Both the position numbers and the translations under genes were made by a program. Shown here one piece after another: positions 10,445-20,399 of a stretch of DNA of 64,000 nucleotides. Every line of letters begins with the position of its first letter. Positions within the stretch are counted from its first letter, which is position 1. The stretch is from Angustibacter luteus (GTDB lineage Bacteria > Actinomycetota > Actinomycetes > Actinomycetales > Angustibacteraceae): positions 496,001 to 560,000 of the forward strand of contig NZ_BAABFP010000005.1 in NCBI RefSeq assembly GCF_039541115.1, read 5' to 3'. The notes under the pieces were generated by a model that was given only the letters and a program-made list of their open reading frames with translations, ran no database searches and had not been told where the DNA came from.

Positions 10445-10885
10445 TCAGACGGCCGGGGGCCGCGACTCGTACGGCGTGGACAGGACGACGGTCGTGCGCG
10501 TCCGCACGTTCGCGGCCGCCCGGATCCGGGCCAGCAGGTCCTCGAGGTCGCCGGGCGAACCCACCCGCACCTTGAGGATGTACGACTCCTCCCCCGCGAC
10601 CGAGTGGCACGCCTCGATCTCGGTCATGCCAGCCAGCCGCTGCGGCGCGTCGTCCGGGGCGCCCGGGTCCAACGGCGTCACCGAGATGAAAGCGGTCAGC
10701 GGGAGGCCGATCGCGTCGGACGACACCTGGGCCGCGTACCCGGTGATCACGCCGCGCTGCTCGAGGCGCCGCACCCGTTGGTGCACCGCGGACGTCGACA
10801 AGCCCGTCGCCTTCGCCAGGTCGGTGTAGCTCATCCGTCCGTCGTGCGCGAGCAGCCGGACGATCTCCCGGTCGGTGTCCTCCAC
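10445..10885 (-). CDS. Lrp/AsnC family transcriptional regulator
   Basis: DGRMSYTDLAKATGLSTSAVHQRVRRLE HTH; CHSVAGEESYILKV. Confidence 0.95.
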   Translation of the reverse strand: MEDTDREIVRLLAHDGRMSYTDLAKATGLSTSAVHQRVRRLEQRGVITGYAAQVSSDAIGLPLTAFISVTPLDPGAPDDAPQRLAGMTEIEACHSVAGEESYILKVRVGSPGDLEDLLARIRAAANVRTRTTVVLSTPYESRPPAV

Positions 10886-10915
10886 CCGCGGAGCCTATCG
10901 GTCGGTGCGGGCGGA

Positions 10916-12070
10916 TCAGTGCTTGGCGAGGTGGCGACCGATGACCAGGCGCTGCACCTGGTTGGTGCCCTCCACGATCTGCAGGACCTTCGCCTCGCGG
11001 AACCACCGCTCCACCGGGAAGTCCCGGACGTACCCGGCGCCGCCGAGCACCTGGACGGCGTCCGTGGTCACCTTCATGCAGGTGTCGGTGGCGAACAGCT
11101 TGGCCATGGCGGCCTGCACGCTGAACGACTGCCCGGCGTCGCGTCGACGGGCCGCCGCCAGGTAGAGCTCGCGGGCCGCGGCCACCTGGGTGGCCATGTC
11201 CGCGAGCATGAACGACAGGCCCTGGAAGTCGATGATCCGCTGCCCGAACTGCTGGCGCTCCTTGGCGTACGCGACCGCGGACTCCAGTGCGGCCTGCGCG
11301 ATGCCCACCGCGCAGGCGGCGATACCCAGCCGGCCGGAGTCCAGCGCGGACAGCGCGATCGTGAAGCCCTGCCCCTCCTCGCCGATGCGACGGCCGGAGT
11401 CCACGGTGGCGCCGTCCAGCAGGATCTGCGCCGTCTGCGAGGACCGGTAGCCCATCTTGCGCTCGGGCGGCGCGGCCGACAGCCCCGGGGTGTCGGCGTC
11501 CGCCAGCAGGCACGAGATGCCGTGCGGTCCGGTGTCGGCGGTGCGCACCATGAGGTTGTAGAAGTCGGCGACCCCGCCGTGGGTGATCCACGCCTTCGTC
11601 CCCGTCACGTCGTACGTCGCCCCGTCCGCCGACAGCACCGCGCGGGTCCGCAGGGCGGCCGCGTCCGACCCGGAGGTCGGCTCGCTCAGGCAGTACGCGC
11701 CGAGCTGCTCGCCGGACAGCATCCCCGGCAGCCACCGCTCACGCTGGGCGTCGGAACCGAACTGCGCCACCGGGTAGCACGACAGCGTGTGCACGCTGGC
11801 CCCCAGACCCACCGCACCCCAGGCGGCCGAGAGCTCCTCGAGGACCTGCAGGTAGACCGTGTACGGCTGGGCCCCCCCGCCGAACTCCTCCGGGTAGGGC
11901 AGCGACAGCAGGCCGGCGCGACCGATCTCGGTGAAGACCTCACGTGGGAACGTGCCCTTGTCCTCGTAGTCGTCCACCTGCGGCACCAACCGCTGACGAG
12001 CGATGTCGCGGACGAGCTCCAGCAGGTCGTGCGCCTCGTCGGTGGGCAGGTCACGCTCGACGGTGGTCAC
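10916..12070 (-). CDS. Acyl-CoA dehydrogenase
   Basis: YCLSEPTSGSDA, GTKAWITHG, RQQFG, QVLGGAGY, IVEGTNQVQR. Confidence 0.95.
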   Translation of the reverse strand: MTTVERDLPTDEAHDLLELVRDIARQRLVPQVDDYEDKGTFPREVFTEIGRAGLLSLPYPEEFGGGAQPYTVYLQVLEELSAAWGAVGLGASVHTLSCYPVAQFGSDAQRERWLPGMLSGEQLGAYCLSEPTSGSDAAALRTRAVLSADGATYDVTGTKAWITHGGVADFYNLMVRTADTGPHGISCLLADADTPGLSAAPPERKMGYRSSQTAQILLDGATVDSGRRIGEEGQGFTIALSALDSGRLGIAACAVGIAQAALESAVAYAKERQQFGQRIIDFQGLSFMLADMATQVAAARELYLAAARRRDAGQSFSVQAAMAKLFATDTCMKVTTDAVQVLGGAGYVRDFPVERWFREAKVLQIVEGTNQVQRLVIGRHLAKH

Positions 12071-12156
12071 CAGGTGCTCCGGTTCGGCAGAGATAGTTGG
12101 ACGTCCGAGTAATTCTAGCGCCTCGTGCCGAACCTCGACGGCGCTCCCGACCCGGC

Positions 12157-12178
12157 TGTCCCTGCCGGCTGCCATGCT
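12157..12178 (+). promoter_or_regulatory. Degenerate PafBC-type promoter, leaderless
   Basis: TGTCCC-N10-CATGCT, 7 nt before ATG 12186. Confidence 0.4.
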
Positions 12179-12185
12179 GGCCCGC

Positions 12186-13133
12186 ATGCCCGATCGCCTC
12201 ATGCTGCTCGACTCCGCCTCCCTGTACTTCCGTGCGTTCTTCGGCGTACCCGACTCGGTGAAGGCACCGGACGGGACGCCGGTCAATGCGGTTCGCGGCT
12301 TCCTGGACTCGATCGCGATGCTGGTCAACGGCCAGCAGCCCACCCATCTCGTGGCCTGCTGGGACGACGACTGGCGGCCGCAGTTCCGGGTCGACGCCAT
12401 CCCGTCGTACAAGGCGCACCGCGTCGCGGCGCCGCGGCCGAAGGGCACGCCCGACGTCGAGGAGACGCCCGACCTGCTCGAGGCCCAGGTGCCGATCATC
12501 GTCGACGTCCTGGCCGCGTTCGGCATCGCGCGCGTCGGTCACCCCGGCTTCGAGGCGGACGACGTGATCGGCACCCTCAGCGAACGCGGCGCCGCAGCGG
12601 GCCAGGCGGTGGACGTCGTCACCGGCGACCGCGACCTCTTCCAGCTCGTCGACGACGCCCGCCAGGTCCGCGTGCTCTACACGGCCAAGGGTGGCGTGCG
12701 GAACCTCGACGTCGTCGACGAGGCCCGGCTCTTCGAGAAGTACGGCATCCACGGCGGCCGCGCCTACGCCGGCATGGCCGCCCTGCGCGGGGACCCCAGC
12801 GACGGCCTGCCTGGCGTCCCGGGCATCGGCGAGAAGACGGCCGCGGCTCTGCTCGGGCGCGCGGGCGACTACGACGGACTCCTGCGGGCGCTCGCGGACG
12901 ACGACCAGGACGTCCTCGGCAACAGCCGGACGAAGCTGCTGGCGGCCCGGGACTACCTCGACGTCGCCGCCCAGGTGGTGGACGTCGTCCGCGACATCCC
13001 CATCCCCGAGCTCGACGACACGCTCCCCCGGGAGCCGGCCGACCCCGCGGCCCTGCTCGACCTGGCCCACCGCTGGGGCCTGTCCAGCAGCGTCGAGCGG
13101 GTGCTGCACTCCCTCGGCTGGACCGGGGAGTGA
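12186..13133 (+). CDS. 5'-3' exonuclease (flap endonuclease-like)
   Basis: LLDSASLYFRAFFG, YKAHR, EADDVIGT, TGDRDLFQL, GDPSDGLPGVPGIGEKTA. Confidence 0.93.
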   Translation: MPDRLMLLDSASLYFRAFFGVPDSVKAPDGTPVNAVRGFLDSIAMLVNGQQPTHLVACWDDDWRPQFRVDAIPSYKAHRVAAPRPKGTPDVEETPDLLEAQVPIIVDVLAAFGIARVGHPGFEADDVIGTLSERGAAAGQAVDVVTGDRDLFQLVDDARQVRVLYTAKGGVRNLDVVDEARLFEKYGIHGGRAYAGMAALRGDPSDGLPGVPGIGEKTAAALLGRAGDYDGLLRALADDDQDVLGNSRTKLLAARDYLDVAAQVVDVVRDIPIPELDDTLPREPADPAALLDLAHRWGLSSSVERVLHSLGWTGE

Positions 13134-13807
13134 GCGACGTGGCCCGCGACTGGGACCTGCGCGGCGACGAGCTCGCGACCGCCGCGATCGCCGCCGGCGA
13201 GCCCACGGCCTGGTTCGACCAGCTCTACGCCGAGGGCGAGCAGGGCGCGGTCTCCATGCCGTGGAATCGGGACGCGCCCTACCCGCTGCTGCGCGAGTGG
13301 GCCGACGCCGGCGAGCTCGTCGGGCAGGGCCGCACCGCCATCGTGGTGGGCTGCGGGCTCGGCGCGGACGCGGAGTACCTCGCGCGGCTCGGGTACGTCA
13401 CCACGGCGTTCGACATCGCCCCCACTGCGGTACGCCTCGCGGCCGAGCGGAATCCCGGCAGCGCCGTGGACTACCGCGTCGCCGACCTGCTGGACCTGCC
13501 GCCGCAGTGGGACGGCGCGTTCGACCTCGTCGTCGAGATCTTCACGGTGCAGGCGTTGCCGGATCCGCCGCGGTCCGCGGCCATCCGGGCCATCAGCGCT
13601 CTGCTGGCGCCCGGCGGCACCCTGCTCGCCGTCGCCTTCCGACCTACCGAGGGGGCCGACCCGGCGGACGGCCCTCCGTTCTCGCTCACCCGGGACGTCA
13701 TGGAGCAGTTCGCCGTGGACGACGTCCGCGTGCAGCGCGTCGAGGAGCTCGGCGACCGGTGGCGGATCGAGTACCGGCGCGCCGGGTCGGCTGGGTCAGG
13801 CAGCTAG
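13130..13807 (+). CDS. Class I SAM-dependent methyltransferase (TPMT-like)
   Basis: WFDQLY...PW, VVGCGLGADA, FDIAPTAV; GTGA overlap with upstream stop. Confidence 0.85.
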   Translation: MSDVARDWDLRGDELATAAIAAGEPTAWFDQLYAEGEQGAVSMPWNRDAPYPLLREWADAGELVGQGRTAIVVGCGLGADAEYLARLGYVTTAFDIAPTAVRLAAERNPGSAVDYRVADLLDLPPQWDGAFDLVVEIFTVQALPDPPRSAAIRAISALLAPGGTLLAVAFRPTEGADPADGPPFSLTRDVMEQFAVDDVRVQRVEELGDRWRIEYRRAGSAGSGS

Positions 13808-16554
13808 CCCGGGATGGAGTGGGCGACCACGCCGCGCAGGACGCCGTCCACCGCCTGCCGGGCAGCCTTGCGCGTCCCGGGGTCGTCGCTGGCGCCGAGC
13901 AGCTGACCGAGCAGGTCGACGAGCTGCTTGCACCGCCGCACGAAGTCGCCCGCGGCCAGGTCACCGTCGCGCAGGACCGCATCGAGGCTTTGCCCCCGGG
14001 CCCACCGGAGCATCGCCGGCGCCAGACCCGGGTCGGGCTGGCGCATCGTGGACAGGCGGTGCTCGCGCTCGATCGCGTCCAGCCGCGTCCACTCCCGCCA
14101 GGTGGCGTCGAGCGCGTCGCCGACGGCACCCGGAGGCGGCTGGGGCAGGCGCGCGTCGTCGCGCCGGGCCTCGTACACCAGAGCCGACAGCACCGCGGCC
14201 AGACCCGGCCCGTCCAGTCCACGCCACGCACCACTACGCAGGCACTCCGCAACCAGCAGGTCGTGCTCGCTGTACAGCCGGCGCAGGCGCTCGCCGTCCG
14301 GCGTGACCTGCGCGTGCTCGTCCAGGTAGCCGAGCTCGGACAGCACGCCGCAGACCCGGTCGAACGTGCGCGCGACCGAGCTGGTCCGCCCGTCGATCCG
14401 CTTGAGCAGCCCGTCCGTCTCCTTGCGCAGCCGCGCCCACCGCTCGCCCCAGCGGGCGTGGTCCTCGCGCTCCGGGCACTGGTGGCAGGGGTGCGCGCGC
14501 ATCGCTCGCCGCAGCTCGACCAGGCGCTCGTCCTCGCCGGGGGCACCGTCGGCCGCCCCGCGCTTGCGGCTGCGTGGTGGGTCGTGCGGGACGGCGGTGC
14601 GCAGGGTCGAGGCCAGGTCCCGCCGCGACTGCGGGCTGCGGGCGTTGAACCCCTTCGGCAGCCGCACCGACGTCACCTGCTCGACGGGTGCCGTGAGCTC
14701 GGCGAGCGTCAGCCGGCGCACCTGCCGGTCCTGCCCGAGCACGTAGGGCTTGGGACCGTCCAGGCCCGGCGAACGGTCCGGCTCGACCACCACGACGTAG
14801 CCGGCGCGACGCCCGCCGGGGACGCGCAGGACGTCCCCGGTGCGGACCGTCTCGAGGCTCTGCGCGGTCGCCGCACGCTGGCCGCTCTGCCGGGTCCGGG
14901 ACAGCTCGGCCTCGCGGTCCTTGATCGCCCGCCGCAGACCGGCGTACTCGGCGAAGTCCCCGAGGTGGCAGGTCATCGACGCGGCGTAGCCGTCCAGCGC
15001 CTCCTCGTGGGTGCGCACCTGACGAGCCAGGCCGACCACCGCCCGGTCCGCCTGGAACTGCGCGAACGAGGTCTCCAGGACCTCGCGCGCCCGCTGCTGA
15101 CCGACCTGCGCGACCAGGTTCACGGCCATGTTGTACGTCGGGCTGAAGCTGGACCGGAGCGGGTACGTGCGGGTCGAGGCCAGACCCGCGACCGAGCGAG
15201 GGTCGAGGTTCGGGTGCCACAGGACGACCGCGTGCCCCTCGACGTCGATGCCTCGCCGCCCCGCCCGTCCGGTCAGCTGGGTGAACTCCCCCGGCGTGAT
15301 GTCGGCGTGCGTCTCACCGTTCCACTTGACCAGCTTCTCCAGCACGACGGTCCGCGCCGGCATGTTGATCCCCAGCGCCAGCGTCTCGGTGGCGAACACG
15401 CAGCGCACGAGCCCGGCCGCGAACAGCTGCTCCACGACCTCCTTGAACGAGGGCAGCAGGCCGGCGTGGTGGGCGGCGACGCCGCGGGTCAGCCCGTCCA
15501 GCCACGCCCAGTACCCCAGCACGTCGAGGTCGGCGGGCGGGATGTCCGCGGTGTGCTCCTCGGCGAAGTCCCGGATCCGGTCCGCCTCGTCGGGAGTGGT
15601 GAGCCGGATCCCCGCGTCCAGGCACTGCTTCACCGCCGCGTCGCACCCGGCGCGGCTGAAGATGAACGTGATGGCCGGCAGCAGCCCGGCCCGCTCGAGC
15701 TGGGTGACGACGTCCGAGCGGCGCGGCACCCCGTGCCGGCCGATGTGGTGCCGCGGCTGGTGCCGCTGGGCCGACTTGCCGCGGCCACCGCGCCCGGCGG
15801 GTGCGTTGCGCTCGTAGCGCTCCTCGTTGCGTGCCAGCTGCAGGAGGTCCGGGTTCACCCGGGTCGACTCCCCGCCGTCCACGAACAGGTCGTGCATGCG
15901 GTTGCCTACCAGCACGTGCTGGTACAGCGGGACCGGCCGGTGCTCCTCGACCACGACCTCGGTGTCGCCCCGCACGGTGTCCAGCCACGCGCCGAACTCC
16001 TCGGCGTTGCTGACCGTGGCTGACAGCGACACGAGTCGGACGTCGTCCGGCAGGTGGATGATCACCTCCTCCCAGACCGCGCCACGGAACCGGTCGGCGA
16101 GGTAGTGCACCTCGTCCATCACCACGAAACCCAGCCCGGCCAGCGTCGGGGAGCCCGCGTAGAGCATGTTGCGCAGCACCTCGGTCGTCATCACGACGAC
16201 GTCCGCCTCGCCGTTGACGGTCGTGTCGCCGGTCAGCAGGCCGACCCGGTCACTACCGTGCACCGCCACCAGCTCGGCGTACTTCTGGTTCGAGAGCGCC
16301 TTGATGGGCGTGGTGTAGAACGCCTTGCGACCGGCGGCCAGGGCCAGGTGGACGGCGAACTCACCGACGATGGTCTTGCCCGCGCCGGTCGGGGCGGCGA
16401 CCAGCACCCCACGGCCGGCCTCCAGCGCGCGGCAGGAGCGGAGCTGGAAGTCGTCCAGCTCGAAGCCGACGCGTTCGCGGAACCGGCCGAGCTCGCTGCG
16501 GTCGTCGGCCTGGCGCAGCCGGGCAGCCGCGTACTGCTCCGCGGGGGTGGGCAC
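13804..16554 (-). CDS. helY: Ski2-like DEAD/DEAH RNA helicase HelY
   Basis: APTGAGKT, TPIKALSNQK, DEVH, SAT, QLTGRAGRRG; position after tatC. Confidence 0.93.
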   Translation of the reverse strand: MPTPAEQYAAARLRQADDRSELGRFRERVGFELDDFQLRSCRALEAGRGVLVAAPTGAGKTIVGEFAVHLALAAGRKAFYTTPIKALSNQKYAELVAVHGSDRVGLLTGDTTVNGEADVVVMTTEVLRNMLYAGSPTLAGLGFVVMDEVHYLADRFRGAVWEEVIIHLPDDVRLVSLSATVSNAEEFGAWLDTVRGDTEVVVEEHRPVPLYQHVLVGNRMHDLFVDGGESTRVNPDLLQLARNEERYERNAPAGRGGRGKSAQRHQPRHHIGRHGVPRRSDVVTQLERAGLLPAITFIFSRAGCDAAVKQCLDAGIRLTTPDEADRIRDFAEEHTADIPPADLDVLGYWAWLDGLTRGVAAHHAGLLPSFKEVVEQLFAAGLVRCVFATETLALGINMPARTVVLEKLVKWNGETHADITPGEFTQLTGRAGRRGIDVEGHAVVLWHPNLDPRSVAGLASTRTYPLRSSFSPTYNMAVNLVAQVGQQRAREVLETSFAQFQADRAVVGLARQVRTHEEALDGYAASMTCHLGDFAEYAGLRRAIKDREAELSRTRQSGQRAATAQSLETVRTGDVLRVPGGRRAGYVVVVEPDRSPGLDGPKPYVLGQDRQVRRLTLAELTAPVEQVTSVRLPKGFNARSPQSRRDLASTLRTAVPHDPPRSRKRGAADGAPGEDERLVELRRAMRAHPCHQCPEREDHARWGERWARLRKETDGLLKRIDGRTSSVARTFDRVCGVLSELGYLDEHAQVTPDGERLRRLYSEHDLLVAECLRSGAWRGLDGPGLAAVLSALVYEARRDDARLPQPPPGAVGDALDATWREWTRLDAIEREHRLSTMRQPDPGLAPAMLRWARGQSLDAVLRDGDLAAGDFVRRCKQLVDLLGQLLGASDDPGTRKAARQAVDGVLRGVVAHSIPG

Positions 16555-16558
16555 GCGA

Positions 16559-17500
16559 TCAGGCTACGACCGACGGGACCAGCACGCCCAGGCTGCGGGG
16601 CACGACCTCGAGCTCCATGGGCAGCGGGCCGAAGCGCTCGCCGTCCGCGTAGGCGACGATCCCGTCGGTGTTGAGGCGCACCCGCCGGGCCCGCTTGATG
16701 GTCACCGCCGGGTGCGAGGTGTGCGTCCCCTTGAACACCTTCGGGAAGACCTTCAGCAGCTCCAGCACCGAGATCGGTCCGACGACGAGCACGTCGAGCA
16801 GCCCGTCGTCGTAGTCGGCGTCCGGGGTGATGTGCATGCCGCCCCCGTAGCTGGGGCCGTTGCCGAGCGCGACCAGCATCGCCTCGGTGTTCCACAGCTC
16901 GCCGTCCAGCTCGATCTCGTACTTCAGTGGCTTGAACAGCGGCAGCTCGCGGGCGATGGCCAGGTTGTAGCGCATCTTGCCCCGCGGCCAGGCCCAGCCG
17001 TTCGCGCGCTCGTTGACGACGGCGTCGAACCCACCGCAGAGCACCCCGGCGAACCACTGCGGGCCGTCCCCCGGGCCGAGCTGGCCCGCGGCGTCCACCC
17101 GGCGGGCCGCGTCGATGCGACGCACGTGGGCGCCCGTGATCGTCTGCACCGCGGCGGGGATGTCGTGCACCGGCAGCCCCAGCGAGCCGGCGATGTCGTT
17201 CCCGGTGCCGGCAGCGACGATGCCGAGCGGGGTGTCGGTGCCCGCACAGGCGTTGACGCCGAGGTTCACCATGCCGTCACCGCCGACGACGACGAGGGCG
17301 TCGATACCCGAGGCGACCGCGCTGGCGGCCCGGTCGGCAGCCTCGGCGGCCGACTCGCTCGTCACGTCCAAGACCTCGATGCCGGCTGCCAGGAGCAGCT
17401 CACCGGTGCGCACGCCGAGGGCGCGAGCACGGCCCTTGCCGGCCGTCGGGTTGACGGCGATCGCAACCCGCCGCTGGCCGACGGGAGTCGGCGCGGTCAC
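16559..17500 (-). CDS. Diacylglycerol/lipid kinase family protein
   Basis: VNPTAGKG, VGGDG, AGTGNDIA, YGGGM, YADGE. Confidence 0.9.
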   Translation of the reverse strand: MTAPTPVGQRRVAIAVNPTAGKGRARALGVRTGELLLAAGIEVLDVTSESAAEAADRAASAVASGIDALVVVGGDGMVNLGVNACAGTDTPLGIVAAGTGNDIAGSLGLPVHDIPAAVQTITGAHVRRIDAARRVDAAGQLGPGDGPQWFAGVLCGGFDAVVNERANGWAWPRGKMRYNLAIARELPLFKPLKYEIELDGELWNTEAMLVALGNGPSYGGGMHITPDADYDDGLLDVLVVGPISVLELLKVFPKVFKGTHTSHPAVTIKRARRVRLNTDGIVAYADGERFGPLPMELEVVPRSLGVLVPSVVA

Positions 17501-18303
17501 AGGCTGCTGGCCTCGTCGTCGGGGATGGACTCGTAGTCGGGCTCGTCCTGGTTGCGGGCGCGGCGACGGTCCAGGAGCAGGCAGATGGCGATGGCGATGC
17601 CGAACAGCAGGCACATGGAGCCGGCCAGGATGCACATCGAGGTCGCTTCGGGGGTGGGCGTCGCGATGGCCGCGAACAGGAAGCAGGTGAACACGGTGAT
17701 CCGCCAGTGCCGGAGCAGGGTGCGGCCCTTGAGCAGACCCACCATGTTGAGGGCGACCAGCACCACCGGGACGACGAACGCGATGCCGAAGGCGAGCACG
17801 ATGCGGATGACGAACGCGAAGTACACGTTGGCCGTGATGAAGTTCGACCCGCCCTCCGGGACGAACGAGTTCAGGAACTCCATGGCCTTGGGCAGCACCC
17901 ACCAGGCCAGCGTGCCGCCCGCCAGGAACAACGGCAGCGCGGCCGCGACGAACCCGATCGAGTACCGCCGCTCCTTGCGGGTCAGGCCCGGGGTGATGAA
18001 CGCCCACAGCTGGTAGAGCCAGACCGGGGAGGCCAGGATGAGCCCGATGATGATGCTGATCTGCACGCGCTGGTTGAAGGCCGACAGCGGGTCGGCGAAG
18101 TTGATCGTCGTCGGGACGCCGTTGGCCTCCTGGCTGGCGACGATGGGGCGCAGCAGCGCCTCGTAGAACCAGTCGGACAGGAACCAGCCCGCGATGCCGC
18201 AGACCACCACCGCGATCGCGCACTTGAAGAGCCGGGAACGCAGTTCGCGCAGGTGCTCGCGAAGCGCCATCCGGCCTTCGGGATCACGGCCGCGGCGGTT
18301 CAC
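17497..18303 (-). CDS. tatC: Tat translocase subunit TatC
   Basis: MALREHLRELRSRL, YQLWAFITPGL, multiple TM helices. Confidence 0.95.
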   Translation of the reverse strand: MNRRGRDPEGRMALREHLRELRSRLFKCAIAVVVCGIAGWFLSDWFYEALLRPIVASQEANGVPTTINFADPLSAFNQRVQISIIIGLILASPVWLYQLWAFITPGLTRKERRYSIGFVAAALPLFLAGGTLAWWVLPKAMEFLNSFVPEGGSNFITANVYFAFVIRIVLAFGIAFVVPVVLVALNMVGLLKGRTLLRHWRITVFTCFLFAAIATPTPEATSMCILAGSMCLLFGIAIAICLLLDRRRARNQDEPDYESIPDDEASSL

Positions 18304-18333
18304 CGGACTCTCGGTCGTAGTCAGCGGTGGTGC

Positions 18334-18600
18334 CTAGGCGCTGGAGTCGCGCTGCTCACCCGTGCGGACGTCCGCGGGCGGGGTCGCACGGGGAGGGGCA
18401 GGCGGCTCGACGATGCGCCCCTCGACGGGCGAGGTGGGCTTGGCCGGGGTGTCGTCGTCGTGCATCTGCTTGACCTCGGACTTGAAGATCCGCATGGACC
18501 GACCGAGCCCACGCGCCGCGTCCGGGAGGCGCTTGCCACCGAACAGGATGAGGACGACGACCAGCAGCACGATGAGGTGCCACGGCTCGAGAGCGCGCAT
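18334..18600 (-). CDS. tatA: Tat translocase subunit TatA
   Basis: [25 protein letters not shown]. Confidence 0.95.
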   Translation of the reverse strand: MRALEPWHLIVLLVVVLILFGGKRLPDAARGLGRSMRIFKSEVKQMHDDDTPAKPTSPVEGRIVEPPAPPRATPPADVRTGEQRDSSA

Positions 18601-18641
18601 GGGTATCCCTTCAGAGAACTCAGTGGGTCCACTCTACGTCT

Positions 18642-18899
18642 TCAACGGCGAACGCGACCCTGACTGCCCGATCCGTTACGTGGCGCGTCGGGCGTGGCGT
18701 TCGGATCGACCAGGACAGACGGGTCGGGACGGTACGGCTCGGACACCGGCTCCAGCGCCCGGCTGACCAGGTCGCTGCTCTCGCCCAGCTGGCGCCCGAG
18801 GGCGATGCCGCGCTTGATCACGGACTTCCAGACGAGCAGGCCGAGCACTGCGGCGGCTCCGAGGAGCAGCAACGCCCAGATCAGGATCCACCACCACAC
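18642..18899 (-). CDS. Small membrane protein
   Basis: N-terminal hydrophobic helix MWWWILIWALLLLG; lies upstream of tatA. Confidence 0.7.
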   Translation of the reverse strand: MWWWILIWALLLLGAAAVLGLLVWKSVIKRGIALGRQLGESSDLVSRALEPVSEPYRPDPSVLVDPNATPDAPRNGSGSQGRVRR

Positions 18900-18955
18900 G
18901 CCGTCACCCTAAGGGGTCACGAGTGGGCGGTCCGCGATCGGGTTCCGGTCCGGAG

Positions 18956-19306
18956 TCAGCGACGCGCGACGCGGGGGCCCGGACGCAGCGCGGTCAGCGC
19001 CGCCACCGGGTCGTTGGCCCGCTCGAGCCACAGCGCGAAGTCCAGGACGTCGTCGTACCCGATCGGAGCACCTTCGTGCTCCTCCATGGCCTCGGCCGGG
19101 ACGGTCCAGCGCTCCACCTTGACGCCGCCGGTGCGCAGCAGGCTGACGACCTCGCTGCCGGCCGGCTTGCGGACCTCGTCGCTGCACTGGTCGCAGGTGA
19201 AGGAGTAGTACGACCAGTCGGCGACGGTGCACACCACGAGTCGGACCTGGGCGGCCGTGAGCTCCACGTCGCCACAGCTGGGGCAGGACGCCTTGATCGT
19301 CGCCAT
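18956..19306 (-). CDS. Hypothetical zinc-ribbon protein
   Basis: MATIKASCPSCGDVEL...YSFTCDQC; AAGGAGG RBS before ATG. Confidence 0.8.
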   Translation of the reverse strand: MATIKASCPSCGDVELTAAQVRLVVCTVADWSYYSFTCDQCSDEVRKPAGSEVVSLLRTGGVKVERWTVPAEAMEEHEGAPIGYDDVLDFALWLERANDPVAALTALRPGPRVARR

Positions 19307-19406
19307 CTCGTCCGCCTCCTTCACAGGGAGAGCGGGATGCCCAGCATCCCGACCGGTGGTGTCGCTCAGGAGCCCCCGTTGGGGCCCCGTCGCGCCTACA
19401 ACCACT

Positions 19407-19433
19407 GGATCGGCACCGTGCTGGCCGAACTTA
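19407..19433 (-). promoter_or_regulatory. Sigma-28 (FliA/WhiG)-like promoter
   Basis: Minus strand TAAG-N15-GCCGATCC versus consensus TAAA-N15-GCCGATAA. Confidence 0.55.
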
Positions 19434-20399
19434 ACTGTCGCGTTCGCCGTAGCCCTCGAGTGCGGCGGCCGCGACGCGGCGGACGTCGTCCGCCAGCTCG
19501 GGTGGGTCGACGATCCGTCCGCTGCCGCCGAGCCGCAGCGCGAGCTGGCGTAGCCACGCCAGGTCGCCGGTGCGCAGCGTGACCACCAGGTCGCCGTCGC
19601 TCGTCTCGGTCACCCGGTCCACCGGGTAGTAGTCGACGACCCAGCGGGCGGACGGGCGCAGCGCGAGGGTGACCACGTGGTCGTCCGGGCCGGGGGCGAA
19701 CAGGTCCCCGTCCAGGTCGCGGCCCTGCGCCTCGGCGGGCGGGGTGCCGTCGACGTCCAGGATCCGCGCGCTGACGACCCGGTCCAGCCGGAACAGCCGC
19801 ACCCCCTCGGCGCGGTGGCACCAGCCCTCCAGGTACCAGCGGCCGTCGACGTGCAGCACCCGCATCGGGTCCACGTCGCGCTCGGTGGTCTCGTCCCGGT
19901 GCGGCACCAGGTAGCCGAGGTGCAGCCGGCGGCGCAGCCGCAGGGCGTCCTCGGCGGTGGTCAGCACGTCGGCGTCCGCGACCTGGCCCAGGTCGACCCG
20001 GACCGATCCGGCGGGCTGGCCGGCCGCGCCGGCCGCGGCCTCCAGCTTGACCAGGGCGCGCCGCACCGCGTCGCGGTCGCCGACGCCGGGCACGTCCATC
20101 AGGGTGCGCAGGCCGACGATGAGGGCCAGCGCCTCGTCCACGCCGAGCCGCAGCGGTCGCGAGATCGCGTCGGCGTTGCCGAGGTAGACGAAGCCCTCCT
20201 CCCAGTCGGCCTCGATGAGGTCGTCGGGCAGGTGACCGGGCAGGCCGCACACGAAGAGCAGCTCGAGGTCCTTCACCAGCTGGCGCTCGTCGACGCCGAA
20301 CTCGGCGGCGGCGTCGGCCAGCGGTACCCCCTGGTGCGCGAGCAGCCACGGCACCATCGCGAGCAGCCGGGACAGCCGCTCGGTCGCGGACTCGCTCAC
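19431..20399 (-). CDS. pafC: WYL-domain transcriptional activator PafC
   Basis: ERLSRLLAMVPWL, CGLPG, RDVDPM, WYLEGWCH, FRLDRV. Confidence 0.92.
   Translation of the reverse strand: MSESATERLSRLLAMVPWLLAHQGVPLADAAAEFGVDERQLVKDLELLFVCGLPGHLPDDLIEADWEEGFVYLGNADAISRPLRLGVDEALALIVGLRTLMDVPGVGDRDAVRRALVKLEAAAGAAGQPAGSVRVDLGQVADADVLTTAEDALRLRRRLHLGYLVPHRDETTERDVDPMRVLHVDGRWYLEGWCHRAEGVRLFRLDRVVSARILDVDGTPPAEAQGRDLDGDLFAPGPDDHVVTLALRPSARWVVDYYPVDRVTETSDGDLVVTLRTGDLAWLRQLALRLGGSGRIVDPPELADDVRRVAAAALEGYGERDS

Noticed and set aside
6024..11735. 1903-aa minus-strand ORF as one giant protein
   Set aside because: Only the last ~546 codons look like a real protein (amidohydrolase); the rest is off-frame or antisense to kdd, kamA, lrp and the acyl-CoA dehydrogenase, a stop-poor high-GC artefact
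12691..16023. 1110-aa plus-strand ORF
   Set aside because: Mostly antisense to helY and off-frame to real genes; low-complexity Arg/Pro/Gly-rich translation
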